A stretch of DNA of 64,000 nucleotides. Source: Chrysomallon squamiferum (taxonomy: Eukaryota > Animalia > Mollusca). The stretch covers positions 2,480,001 through 2,544,000 of the forward strand of contig CM022668.1 of assembly GCA_012295275.1 (NCBI GenBank), given 5' to 3'. A program made the translations under genes and the position numbers. This document shows, in pieces, positions 1 to 14,666 of the stretch (position 1 is its first letter; each line of letters opens with the position of its first letter). The notes below the pieces were generated by a model. It was not told where the DNA came from and did no database searches. It worked only from the letters and a program-made list of their open reading frames with translations.

Positions 1-531
1 AAAGAACGTGAAACCATTAAAGTGAAGTTATTGCTAATATAAAAAAAAATCGTCGCAAAACAAACAAACAAACAAACAAATAAAATTATTTAAAAACATA
101 TAATTGTATACATACATACATATAAAAATATATAAATACAAACATACATACATACATACATAAATACATACATACATATATAAATACACACACATACATA
201 CATACATACATACATACGTAAATGCATAAATATATATACAAATAATTTTTTTATTATGTTTATTACATACTGATAATAAATACTAATTAAACTATTGCCT
301 AAATATATCCATATTACGTATACATATCTAAGAAATGACGTCATACATCTCAGCTTCTATTCATCCTGTTATTTCATTTTTGTGCTTTATTGTTAACAAA
401 GTTTGGTAGCTAGTAGAAATATATTTAACTGTTTGTTGCTGCCGCTAAATTACCTCTATACACAGTAAGATTTGATTCTAGATCCTGCTTTATTCCATTT
501 ATTTAGTTATTTATTGTATTATAGTATTATT

Positions 532-616
<85 letters not shown>

Positions 617-622
617 TACTAC

Positions 623-661
<39 letters not shown>

Positions 662-827
662 TATTATTATTATTATTTTGTTTCTGTTTCTGTTGTTGTT
701 GTTGTTGTTCTAAAGTGAAAGTACTTTGTGGATTTTTGACATAACGGTTATATTGAAAACATGAGGTTTTAAAATTATATCAGTATTAGATGGATATAGT
801 TATTTATTTACTTACTTACTTACTAAT

Positions 828-866
<39 letters not shown>

Positions 867-1427
867 TTTTATTTGTTTATTTATTTATTTGTTTGTTTGT
901 TTCTCTTTGTTTTTTTGTTTATTGAACGAAATTACTGGAATGCTTCAAAGAGTGAAAAAGAAAAAATATTAAAAACTGAAAAATAAAAAAATAAAAATAA
1001 AATTCTGTTATCGTTAACAAACACACCACTCCATCTGTACCACACTTTATTTTTTCTTTGTGAACAGAACGCAGGTAAAAATACCTGGAATAATCATTTT
1101 CTCAGATTAAAACTTGGGGTTAGTAACCCTTCGGTAAGGTAGTGCTTTTGGGAAAAGAAAAAACAGAATAAAAAAATAATTAAAATAAAATAACATTTAG
1201 AAGATAAATCTAGAAAGCAAAAATAGAAACAGAGAAAAAGAAAATGAAAAGCGAAGAAAAAAATAGCTTGCTAAAACGTGAAGTTATATTTTTACTTTTA
1301 TTTTTCTAAACATGAAACGATCATGATTGTCCAGTCTGGATGGATGGATGGATGGATGGCAGGATTGAATAAAGGATAGAGAGAATAGTGAAAAGACGAA
1401 CACAGAGTCAGAGTGAGTAAAAGAGAA

Positions 1428-1522
<95 letters not shown>

Positions 1523-2329
1523 AGAGACATAACTTGTTTATTGAACACATCTCCACTTAAACTGTTGTATGGCAAACATCCAGAAGTTTCGCAGTAGGCA
1601 GTTACTATGACAACACACTGCCTTACCCGGAAATGCTCTCTACATTTTTGTTTTCTCTCGTAGATCAATTGATCGATTTACGAGTATTTTACATTTTACA
1701 CTTCACACCTCCACACGTCTAATCCTCTTAGAGTTAATGACGTTGTCGTTTTTCTTTACAACACAATCTGCCTTTTTATTCCGTTCTAACGCGCCCCGCT
1801 CAATCTCTCTCTCTCTCTCTCTTTCTCTCGCTCCTTCTTCGCTCTATGATCTCTATAAAAAGCTAAAAACTATTTATTTTTGGTGTATCCAATTTCCGAC
1901 CTTGTTTTTGTAACAGAAAAGCGGTAGAATATTTTTTTGCAAAAACCCTGTCGAGTTGGTTATACTTTTGGCTTGCATCTGTAACGTCTGTTTGCAGAAA
2001 GGTCCAGGTTTTCTCTTCTCGTGAAAGCAGATATAAAACTTTTTGCACGGGTTAACGTGTTTTTCACTCGCGTTAGGTTATGATGACATCTGTTGATAAT
2101 ATGCTAAGTTGTTTTCCATTGTTTTTATTGTAATGATTAACAATACCGATGTTGTCGTTATTGTTGTCACAAAAAAAAAAAAAAAAAAAAGAAGATCGAT
2201 TTCATAGCATTTGCGGATGGTTCTTGAATTACTGGTAATGAATATGTTGATCTTTTTTATTCCTTCTTCTACATTTGTTTTTCGTTCAATCATCTTCATT
2301 TATATTTTTACATACATTATTTTTATTAC

Positions 2330-2399
<70 letters not shown>

Positions 2400-3059
2400 G
2401 TGTATTGTTGTTGTTGCTGCTGCTGTTGTTCATGTTATTATCACCATTATCACCTCATGATCATTATCATTATTATCTTCATCATCATTATCATCATCAT
2501 AATCATCATCATCGCCACCATTATCATCATCATAATCCATCACATCATCATTTACAGATAATTAAAAAGAGGGAAAGATGTGTTAATTGCACAAAATCAT
2601 ACACCTGAAAGACAACGTTTTACATAAAGAACGCAGATGAAAAACTCAGTAAGTTATGACGTCACAAAAACAAACCCACACGTAATATACGTCACAGATG
2701 GCTCATAAAATATCTCGTTTTACATCACTGATCGTTGGATAACAGTTTTATTTTAAACGTCTGAACAAAAAAAATAATAATAAGAAAAAAAACACAAAAA
2801 AAAAAAAAAAAAAAAAAGAATGAATGAATGGGTTTTGAAATGTGAGTTCTTACCGCACGCTGGTCTGTATACAAGTAAATTACTGATCTGGAAAACGACG
2901 GTTTGCGCTCATTAGTCACACGTGCACGCAGTCACACAGGAAGGCAGCTAGGTTGAAAATTGGGCTACGCAACATATGTTTAATTGGACTGTTCCAGAGC
3001 AATGCAATTTGATGCGGTGTTTAGTTAGTTCCTAACTAAAGCCTGTTTTGATCGTCAAT

Positions 3060-3101
<42 letters not shown>

Positions 3102-3439
3102 TAATTATGAATATATAAGTATTTGTATATATATTAGTTTATATACTGAGGTTCTGTAATATAAATATATCTCAACTTTGTTTATATCTTTAAAAAATTT
3201 ACTGTACAGTATCTTGTACATGGCACACATTTATATAGCAAAATGATGATTTTGATGATACTAATAAAAAATATGTGTTAACCAGAGTATATATCTTGTT
3301 TAAATATTGTTTTGAGTAGTATATGTCATGCTGAATTTTTGAATAAACAGAATCTGCTGTTTAAATTGTATCGTTGTGTGCAACATGATCGTCACTGAAC
3401 TTTGTGGTTTTAATCTGTATCGCTATTGGGAGGTTACCA

Positions 3440-3800
3440 AAAATTATCGATAATCGGAATTACTAAAACCAGTTTATTATATTCTTCCGTTATTTTGTTA
3501 TGTTATTAACGAAAGTACTGGACTATCGGAATTGTGGAAATTATTTAATTATATTTATATCCGCTCAGCAACTGTATTATTATTGAAAATAATCGATTAT
3601 CGACGAAGCGAAAATTATTTTATTCATCTGATCTGTAATTATATTATTACTATCACAAATATTGATTATCGGAATTAGAAAAATTGTTTAATGATATTCA
3701 TCCGCTGTCCTATTAAATTATTATCCCAAAGAATCGATTATCGGAATTGGGAAGATTATTATACTCAGTCGATCTAATATTGGGTAATTATCGAAAATAT
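3440..3800. repeat. Degenerate tandem repeat, ~70-72 bp x5, core ATCGATTATCGGAATT
   Basis: Core recurs at ~3447, 3520, 3592, 3662 and 3733. Confidence 0.7.
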
Positions 3801-4756
3801 ATTTCAAAGAATAAGCGATTTTTTATTTTTTATTTTAACACTGATATTTTGGAGATGAAAAATTGAAAACGTAATAGAAACTATAAGCAGCTGAAATAAT
3901 TTAAAAAAATAAAAAAGCAAAACAAAACAAAAAAATACTTGACATATTTGAAGTGAAAAATAAGAAGAAAAACAACAACGAGAAGATCACCAAGAAGAAG
4001 AACAACAGTAACAATAATATAATATAATAATAATAAAATAATAATAAAAAAATAAAAAATAAAATAAAAATAATAATAATAAAATAATAATAAAATAATA
4101 ATAATAATAATAATAAATAATAATAATAAAATAATAATAAAATAATAATAATAATAATAAAATAATAATAAAATAATAACAATAATATAATAATAATAAA
4201 ATAATAATAATATAATAATAATAATAATAATGTAATTATAGTAATAAATATAATAACATTAATAACAACAACAAAAACAACAAATAAATAAATTAATAAA
4301 TAAATAAATAAGATATCTCATTTTCACTAATCAAGAATTTTGTAATTCATTTTTACATAACATTATTTTTTTCCATAAGAAATGCACTAACAAAATAAAA
4401 AAAAGTAAAAAAAGAAGAATTATAACACAAATAACACAAATAACAAGTAGAAAACGGCGTTAAAAGCTGCACAGTAAATCTACTACAAGTACTACTACTA
4501 CGTCAATCGCTGACTACGTCTGATTTAAACACTGTATCGTTTGTAGACTAACTGTAAACAAGAAGATTTTCCACAAAACGAGAAAACGGAAGCCATTAAC
4601 AGCGTAAAGCCCGCCATTTTATCACGAGACGAGCAGACGATTACTTAGTCAGAGAACGATCTTTTGAAGAGAGAGGAAAAAAAAAAAAAAAAAAAACGTA
4701 GTAAACTTGTAAACAAGACATTAACTAGTATCCTGACTAAAACTCAATCTACTTAC

Positions 4757-4789
4757 CATCTCAACTGAGCTTCCCAACTCAAGTCTTTT
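4757..4789 (-). other. Candidate 33-nt phase 0/0 exon (KRLELGSSVEM), or the 3' end of an alternative first exon
   Basis: Donor ATG|GTAAGT (exon end 4757). U-rich tract then TTTTTCAAAAG| acceptor (AAG, weaker than YAG). Open in phase 0. Confidence 0.3.
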
Positions 4790-6297
4790 CTTTTGAAAAA
4801 ATAAAAAATAAAAATAATAATAATAATAATAATAAAAATTTCCTGAACTTTCAGAATATGGCGGAATTTTCCGTTTTCCTAAATTGCGATAGCAGAAGTG
4901 AAGTTAAGAAGCGAATACTGCTGTCTGTACGAAATATCAAAAACAATGCTGCATCGCAAAACATGCTGAGCGATTTGAACGAGAATATACGTTACATTAC
5001 AGCACGGTCTCTGGCCGTATGTTGTCTGTTTTCCCAAAACGCAACCCGCAATCTACTCAGCAACGAAAGCTTTTTAAAACATGGTTTGTTCATTTGAATA
5101 ATTAATAGGGTTTAGGATCGTATATTCGCCAAATTACGCTGACAAACAAACAAACAAACAAATAAATAAATAAATAAATAAAAAAATGATAAATACCCTC
5201 TCTGCTGAAGTTTTTCGACTTCATAATTAAGAATAAAAATAAAACAGTCAAAGATTCATTTTTCAAATATCAAGATTTTGCTTCCCAAAGATAAATCTTT
5301 GAAAAAAAAACAACAACACAAAAATGAAAATCAAAAAATGAAAAAAAACCCACCTACCATTAAATCTAAAGTGTAATTATAAAAGTGTTACTTGGATTAA
5401 AGTGAAATACAAAAACATTTCAGGATGGAAGATTTATTAGTGAAGATTATGTTAGGACAAAGAACTGAGGATTATTCTCTACTAATGACAATCATGATAA
5501 ATATTTTAATTATGAACATCTGGGAAAACGGAAACACTCTGTTTATCAGGAATCTTTTCAGTTTAAGGTTTAATTATATCAGTTATTCAAGGATGTGTTT
5601 TCAGTGTTGTGTTATAATTAACTGTTTTGTCTTGTGTACTAACAAGAGTTCTACATCAACAAACAAGCATTCTTATCTAAGTATAGCGACAAGATCATTA
5701 TTTGCATGTACTGCATACAGTTGTTGTTATACGAGGTGAACACGTCATCTGAACAGAGTCAGCATTGCCAACTACGACAACTGCCAAACATACCAGCATA
5801 TTCATAACATGAGTGTGAAAAACAAAATCCTACGTATTCAGCGTCATGTGTCACATGATCACTTATCCTTGTTGGACTCTCTGGGTTATTTTCCCATTCC
5901 AGACTTCCTCGTTACCTACATACTTAAGAATGCAACATAAACTTTTTCCGTTCCAAAACGAACTCTTCCTGTGTCTGTTTATTAAAACTATAAAGTTTGT
6001 TCCGTTCTAATAAGAACTCTCTCTTTATTATTTTATAAGAACGACTATTTAATATATTCCACGCTTTGAAGACATTCTTGTTTACAAACTGCGTAAGTTT
6101 GTTTTCCCTTCTGACAAGAACTCTTTTTTTCAACCTACTTAGTGTCTGTTCATGGAAACATGCTTTAAGAAATTAATCTTGCAGTAACAAAAAGAGAGAA
6201 CCGCGAAGTGCAAACAGAACATTTATAATTTAATGTCACCAGTGCGCTATGGTGTTTGATTGACAGTACAATAAAACATAAGAATTTTTGAATCATT

Positions 6298-6697
<400 letters not shown>

Positions 6698-7299
6698 ATT
6701 TAATTATTAATCACTGTGGTACATATAAAAAGAAATTCAGCTTAAGATTAATTTTTTATATTTTCATACGAACATTAATATTTTACTGTCATGAAAATTT
6801 TAGAGCTATTACTTTGGGTTTTTTTGTTTTTTTTATTTTTTGTTGTTGTTGTTTTTAATAGCCTCTCCACAACATTTTACACTAAATTCAGAAATGTTTT
6901 ATTAAATGTTTGCATTAAAATAGTAGTAGTAGTAGTAGTAGCAGTAGTAGCAGTAGTAGTAGTAATATAACAATAACAATAACAATAATAATAATAATAA
7001 TAAAATAATAATAATAATAATAATAATAACAATAACAATAATAATAACAAAAATAATATTAATAATAATAACAACAATAATAATAATAACAATAATAATA
7101 ATAATAATGAAGAAGAAAAAAGGAAGAGAAAAACAGAAAATAAAAGAGGAAAGAAGACGAAAGTGAAAATCGATATTCTCAGTTCTGAGTAAAACTAAAC
7201 CGCCTACATGTTGAGTTTCGCCAGTGTAAGTAATCTGTTTGTAAAGATTTCTTTTAGACCAGTGGTACATTCATTTAGCCCGCAATACAGTCTAGAGCA

Positions 7300-7515
7300 G
7301 TCTGGAGAAAAAAATATTATCTAGATGACCAATTATTGATTCAAAATACAAACACTGAATCTACACCAGCTTGAAGAAAAAAAGTATATTCTAGATGACC
7401 AATTATTGATTCAAAACAAATGTAGTGAATCAACACCAGTTTGAAGAAAAATATTTTCTATATGACTAGTTATTAATTCAAAAGAAATTCACGGAAATCT
7501 ATATCAGATGGAAGA
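7300..7515. repeat. Tandem repeat ~68-70 bp x3
   Basis: CTAGATGACCAATTATTGATTCAAAA at 7321 and 7391, with a diverged copy at ~7458. Confidence 0.8.
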
Positions 7516-7569
7516 CATTTTTTTTTTTTTTTTTTATTCAAAACACAAAAGACGTCAACTGATGTTCAA

Positions 7570-7760
7570 AGAACAAAGATGGCGGCTTTGTAAAGGGAGA
7601 TAACCCAATAAGCCGGACCAGTGTCGTGCAGAGATCGCGGGGATATATTGGGCGAGGGGGGGTCAGTTTTACAGTTTAGCGGAAATTACGTCTCTCGCGC
7701 CTGCGCCAGCGTGAAAACCCTGACACGTCAACGACAACGTCGTCTTTACGCAGAGCTGAT
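7570..7760. promoter_or_regulatory. Promoter/enhancer-like CpG island
   Basis: YY1-type AAGATGGCGGC (7576-7586), CCAAT (7605), ATTGG (7647), G-run and CGCG motifs. Confidence 0.35.
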
Positions 7761-7880
7761 TCTGTCTCACTGAAAACAGAAAGAAGATTGATTGTGTGTG
7801 TGTGTCTGTGCGTGTGTGTGTCTGTGCGTGGATTCTATGGAAAGTCTCAGTTTGATCTGGATGCGAGTGCGCGTGTGTGA

Positions 7881-7921
<41 letters not shown>

Positions 7922-8039
7922 ATGTGTTTTGATTTCTGTATACGAATATTTATGTGTTATTTTGATTTCTGTAATTTGATGAATATTTAAAGTGTACAGA
8001 TTATATTCAAAGGCAGGTGAGAGGAACGGAGTAGAAGAA

Positions 8040-8108
<69 letters not shown>

Positions 8109-9061
8109 AATCGATATATCAGAAGAACAACGTATTTGAAATTCATGAAAAGTCTAATTCTGAGCTGTTGTTAGACAGACACAAAAGATTTATTTACAAC
8201 TCTCACAATCTGCAGCGCCATCTCTCGTCTTGTTACCGCTTCCTTACAAACACACCAACGTAAATAACTTGGAAGGAAAGACACAAACAGTCGGACAACA
8301 GAACAGAACAGACAGACTTCATGACAGACGACACAAAAGTTTCACAAAGCTGAAACTGAGTCTGAGCGGAAGACACTGACACTAAAGTCATCTCACATAC
8401 AGCTGACTGCAGCACTGTGTCCTGGGGCGGGGGAGAGAAAGTTCACCATCTCCCAGACTGGTAATTAACTCAACACTCAACTTATAGCAGGTTGTATGTG
8501 CACACTATGTCTACACAGCTTTGTTTTTTTTTTATTCCAGTACGTTCTTCCACTGCAGACTGAAGTCACCCAGGTCTGGGAGCCTGACCCGCAAATCTCG
8601 TTACTTTATTTAGAAGATTAATGTCTGCGTTCGAGAACGTTCGTTAACGTACGCCTAAAGCGATAAGTTAGCGCGTGAATCAAGTAATGTCAGTGTAGTA
8701 AATGTTTATGATGATTAAGGTTCTAGTACACCCGGCTAGATATTCATTTTTATATGTTTATGGGAAGGCGTGTACAAAAATATATTTTGTTGCTAATTAC
8801 AAACATAGTTCATTGTGTGACGTCATCCTTTGTGTTTAACTGTTTAGTTTAAAAAGTGTTGGATGGTTCATTAAATATCTCTTTGCTTCCTACCTGCTGA
8901 ATACGCATGTCACCTTTTTGTCTTGTCTGCCTCTCTCTCCATTTGTAATTATTTACATCTGTCTATTTATCTGCGTGTCTGTCTGTCTGTCTGTCTGTGT
9001 CTGTCTATCTATTCGACAGTCTAAAACTATTATTTATTTATTTGCTTACGCACTTACGCAC

Positions 9062-9108
<47 letters not shown>

Positions 9109-11102
9109 TCACTAACAATCTCCAGTGGCTTGAAAGCGCCAGACAGAAATGACGTAACCGATTACGTATGCTAAATTCAAACCAGTAATGAATATTCATG
9201 AGTCGTTGTTATTGGAAACAGAATTCATTTGGGCGTGTTGAATTCGTAATCTGAATACATAGTGCTTCTGTTCACGGTTGCGTTAATCGTTCCCATAGCA
9301 ACGAGGTATAAAATTAGAAATATTTCTTACAGACTGAATCGAGTGAAAAGTTTTAAGAGAAATATTTCATGTTTTGGAAGATAATGTTAGTATGTTAAAA
9401 GGTTAGTGAAAAAATACAAATAATGAATGTATAGTACTTTTATTTATTTATTTTTATTATTATTTTTTTAATTTAGGATAAAATGATTCAGAAGTCTGTA
9501 TATGTTTTCATTAGAAAATTTGACTAAAACTGACATTATTACAATTGTTTTAGATATTTTCATTACTTTGATTCCAGTCTATAAGCTGTACAATTATGGT
9601 TTATTTAGTGTTTTCAAATTCTATTTTCAGTCTTTATTACATTGCCTTTAAATATTTTCCAACACATTGCCTACTGTTTATCAGCTAAGTTACACTGTCG
9701 TAAGAATACAAGCTCTAAAAGGTATCAAATTATAAAAAATATTTCTGAACTGAAAGAAAAAAATATTTCTAAGATACAAAAATAACTTAATCAGACAAAA
9801 AAATGAACGCGAGCCAACTTCTCAACTCGGCATTCCGTTACGAAAAAAGCCGATTCATCGAATTACAACGACGTAGACTTCGTTAAATTACGTAGAGAGC
9901 GCTTCGTGAAATTACGTGACCACGGATTCGGGTAAACTGAAATCTATCGACTGTGTGGTGCAGTGTTTAAACCGGTGGATCGCTGAGTGTCAGTCAGAGT
10001 AATTCATATTTCAAAATGAGCCTCGTTCTGATTGGACATATCGATTGCAACGAGGCTGATGTGATATTATCTGACATTTGCGAAAAAGGAGTCGGCCATG
10101 TTTAAAATTTCTTTGATGAACGATAAAGAAGCCAATAAATCCTAATGTGCTCTTTCGTAGCAACATCACGTTTAATTCTTACAAGCAGCTAATCTCGTTT
10201 ATTACTTACTACACGCGAACGTTCTTTAAATGGACAGACACACAAATAGCTAGACAGACGAACTGATGGATGGAGGCACGGAGGGATGAATGGATGGATA
10301 AATAAGTGGATGGATGGACAGATAGGTAGACAGACAGACAGAGACAAATACAAAGGAAGTTAGACTTATACTTCTGAGACAGACAGACAAGCAGACGTAC
10401 AAAGAATGTTTGCGGGAAGATACAGATAAAAGTATGAGAATATTTCAGAAATCGGCTCTTTTATATTAAATCTTTTCTGCTTGTTACTCTCTTTTTATTC
10501 AGATTCTTTACTCGCTAATAATAAAAGCTTCAGCTGTTTTGAATTACAACTGAAGATTACGTTTTCTTTTATAACACGCGCTACGTTGTTCATGTACTGC
10601 TAGGACAGAAAACCCTGCTTTAAAACGGATCGGCACCAGCGATAGAAACATCCACAACTAAGACAAACTCATTCGCAGGTATTACTTGATCATAAACACA
10701 CAAGAATTTCATCTTAAAATACAGCAACAATCTGCACACACAAAAAAACAACCTGTTACATGATCACATAATGAGTATATTTTAAAACACAGTCTTCTGT
10801 GCTACATCTGGACGGTTTTGGGATCGTATCTCGAAAGAGGCTTTCAGTAACGAGACTGTCCAGCACACGCTGTATTACTCGCATATGAAACCAAATACAA
10901 AAACACTGCTTGTGTGTCTGAATCATTCCTCTACTCGAGTGATGCTCTGCTACTGAAGTGGAGATGACGTTTTATTAGAGATGCTTCTCTTACCATCGCC
11001 TGGTTCTGAATGGTTATCCTGATTATGAAGTGCTACTGAAGTGCTACTGAAGTTTTGATGAAGTGTTGCTACCAGCATATTGACTATGATTATGAAAATA
11101 AA

Positions 11103-11581
<479 letters not shown>

Positions 11582-11614
11582 TAAAACAAGTAGTAGTAAT
11601 AGTATTTTTATTGA

Positions 11615-11658
<44 letters not shown>

Positions 11659-12150
11659 TAACTTTAACGGTTTCATCTTCTTTTTCTTTATTCTTTCACT
11701 TTTCTTTTTACCAGTATTAATAATAATAATAATAATAGTTGTGATAGCAGCAACAGCATCAGTAGTAACAACAGCTGTTAATTATAGTAATAGTAATAGT
11801 AGTACTAGTAGTTATAGTAATAATGGTAGTTATATCTGTGGAAGCAATAATGGTAATATTTGTTGCAAAGACAATATTTAAATGCAGTAACAGTCAGTAG
11901 TCCTAACAGTTGTAGAAGTAACCGTAGTAGAAGTAGTAAAAGTAGTTAATAATAAAATCTGTACTAACAGAAGTACTACTAATACTAGTAATAAATATAG
12001 TAGTTGTAGTAGCAGCAGTAGAGCAGAAGTAGTAGCAGAAGTAGTAGTAGTAGCAATAGTAGTAGTAATAGTAGCAGTAGTCCTAAAGAGCTTGATAATG
12101 GGAAAATAACTTTGAAGTGGGGTTTGTAAAGCTATTTCACATCGCTTTTC

Positions 12151-12196
<46 letters not shown>

Positions 12197-12679
12197 TAAT
12201 AATAATAAATAATAATAATAATAATGTTAATAATAATAATAATAATAATAGTAATATAAGCAATAAACAAATGGTGTGAAATCAGAATGCACAGATTGGT
12301 CTGTGTTTGTTTCTCGGCAGATAAAAGAGAAGTGAGTGTCAGATCAATTTTCTACAAATTACATGTAGATTTGTTAGCGCTTCGTACAAAGCAGATCTGA
12401 TAAACACTGATGAATATTCATGAGCTAAGCCCTCGCGCGCTTTCGTTCGCTGTAACTCCCCAATGTGCAAACATGCGCACCACCCAATTAATGACTTACA
12501 GAGAAGCTAAATGTTATTGTGCTCCCGATGACAGAGGAAATATAAAATTTTGTCTCGGTTGGTTTCAGGAAACACACAGTGCTGAAAGCAATCAATGGAA
12601 TGATTTGACAAGAGAATCTTCCACTCTTTAAATGTCTGTTAAAATTGTGTTTTTATAATTGATACGAAACGAAAGAAAA

Positions 12680-12711
<32 letters not shown>

Positions 12712-12809
12712 GTAGAAAGAAATATGAGCTCTTTCAGCAAAAATAAATATCCGGGGATTCATTGTGCGTTTTTATGTGTGAGTGTGTGTGTGTGTCTGCG
12801 TGAGTATGT

Positions 12810-12874
<65 letters not shown>

Positions 12875-13496
12875 CTCTAGACTGTGTCACAATTCATCAG
12901 AAAATATACAAATATACAACATATACAAACAGTAAAAGAAAAAGAATATCCTCTGTGAAAAAACAGGTTTCTGCTCTAGTCAATTGTGCACAGATTTGTA
13001 CCAGTCACCAGATATCATGATAACCTGACTGACTTCATCGTCATCATCATCTTTACTGTCTTCATTATCATCAACATCGTCATCAACATCATATTCTTTA
13101 TCATCATACTTATCTTCCTAAACCTCATCAACATCAGCAGCACTATCATCATCATCATCATCACCTTCACAGCAAACACTTCCACCACAACTATCTTCAT
13201 CATAAACATCAACATCATCACTATGGAGGTAAGAGTATTGATGCAGTGAGATCTGTATCGATTGTACACGAGTTTGATGGATCATTTACACTCATCGATT
13301 TTTTCAATCTCGACAGAAATCAATAAAAATCCTTTACACCCTTCTTCGCTCTTCACAGCTTAAACCACTTCTCTGAAAACACTGTCATCTTTACAAATTA
13401 CTTCATTATTCTCTTCTTCTTCTTCTTCTTCTTCTTTCAGTCGAATTGAAATGTCTTTTGAGAGTTAAAAAACGCTGTTTATGCAGTCATATCATA

Positions 13497-13537
13497 CATC
13501 AGTGTAGCGTTCTAACCACTGGACTACAAGCCGCTCC
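13497..13537 (-). mobile_element. Degenerate tRNA-derived SINE head (A-box region)
   Basis: Minus strand GAGCGGCTTGTAGTCCAGTGGTTAGAACGCTACACTGATG matches the tRNA D-arm/A-box pattern TAGYYCAGTGGT. No complete cloverleaf. Confidence 0.4.
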
Positions 13538-13681
13538 TGTACATACGTACGTGTGTCTGTCTGTATGTTTGTCAGTTTGTACGTGGACAGTTAATATGAA
13601 TACTTCTTAATTTTATTCTTTATTTTGTTTAGAATATCATAGTTTTTTCTTTCTATTCGTAAAAAACATTGAGCTATACAT

Positions 13682-13726
<45 letters not shown>

Positions 13727-14335
13727 AGTCTCTTAGGTTGTTTTGTAAATAACCGTTATCTAGGATTACAAATGAAATTACAGGTAAACGCACCTGATAC
13801 CTGTTCAAATACCTGTTTACTGTTAAGTGTTTACCAGTCTAAGTCAGGTGAAAATCTCCTTAATTGATAACATACTACCTGGATTTTAACAGTAAACAAA
13901 ACAAACATGATTTAGAAAGAAATAAAAAAAAGTAAATAAAAAGAATATTAAAAAAAAAAAAAAAATTCACATAAATATTTAGAAGCTTAGACAACATTTT
14001 CTCATCTGATTCTGACGTAAGAACATTTAAAGCAATAAAATCCTTTGAGGTTGCACAGCCTTAAATAAATTGCCATTAGAAGTAATGTTAACTTTTGACA
14101 TACCAGTAATTCCCGCTGTAACAATAACATTTTACCTAATAATAATTCCCAATAAATGTTAAGATTTTAAAATATTTTAAAACCCCAAATATGACATATC
14201 CTGATTAGAAATAGAAAATGTTTTTTTTTTTTCATTATTATTCAAAGACAATGTTTATCAGTTCCTAATTGAATATATTTAATTGTCAGTTCAATATATC
14301 AGACTAGTGAATGTGTGTACATGTGGGCGTGTATG

Positions 14336-14388
<53 letters not shown>

Positions 14389-14635
14389 AAATTTTATGTT
14401 CTTTCTGAAAGAACGATTAATCAGATAAGTCATAATAATACTTTATTTAGTTTGGTGTAAATTAGAATAATCACTATGTTAGCATCAGTATTTTAAAACA
14501 GTTTCTAAATCTTTTTATTATTTTATATCTAAATTAACAAAAGGTTATATTATTTGTTATGTTTAACAGAAAAACAAATTCAAATAAATAAATAAACAAA
14601 TAATAGCTATATTTTATGTAAATATCTCTAAATGG

Positions 14636-14666
<31 letters not shown>

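Noticed and set aside
3440-3800. Repeat-spacer-like pattern as CRISPR
   Set aside because: Cores are degenerate and the linkers resemble one another; this is a decayed tandem repeat.
13222-13235. Plus-strand ATG GAG|GTAAGA donor
   Set aside because: At the end of a degenerate (CAT)n tract, with no other plus-strand gene evidence.
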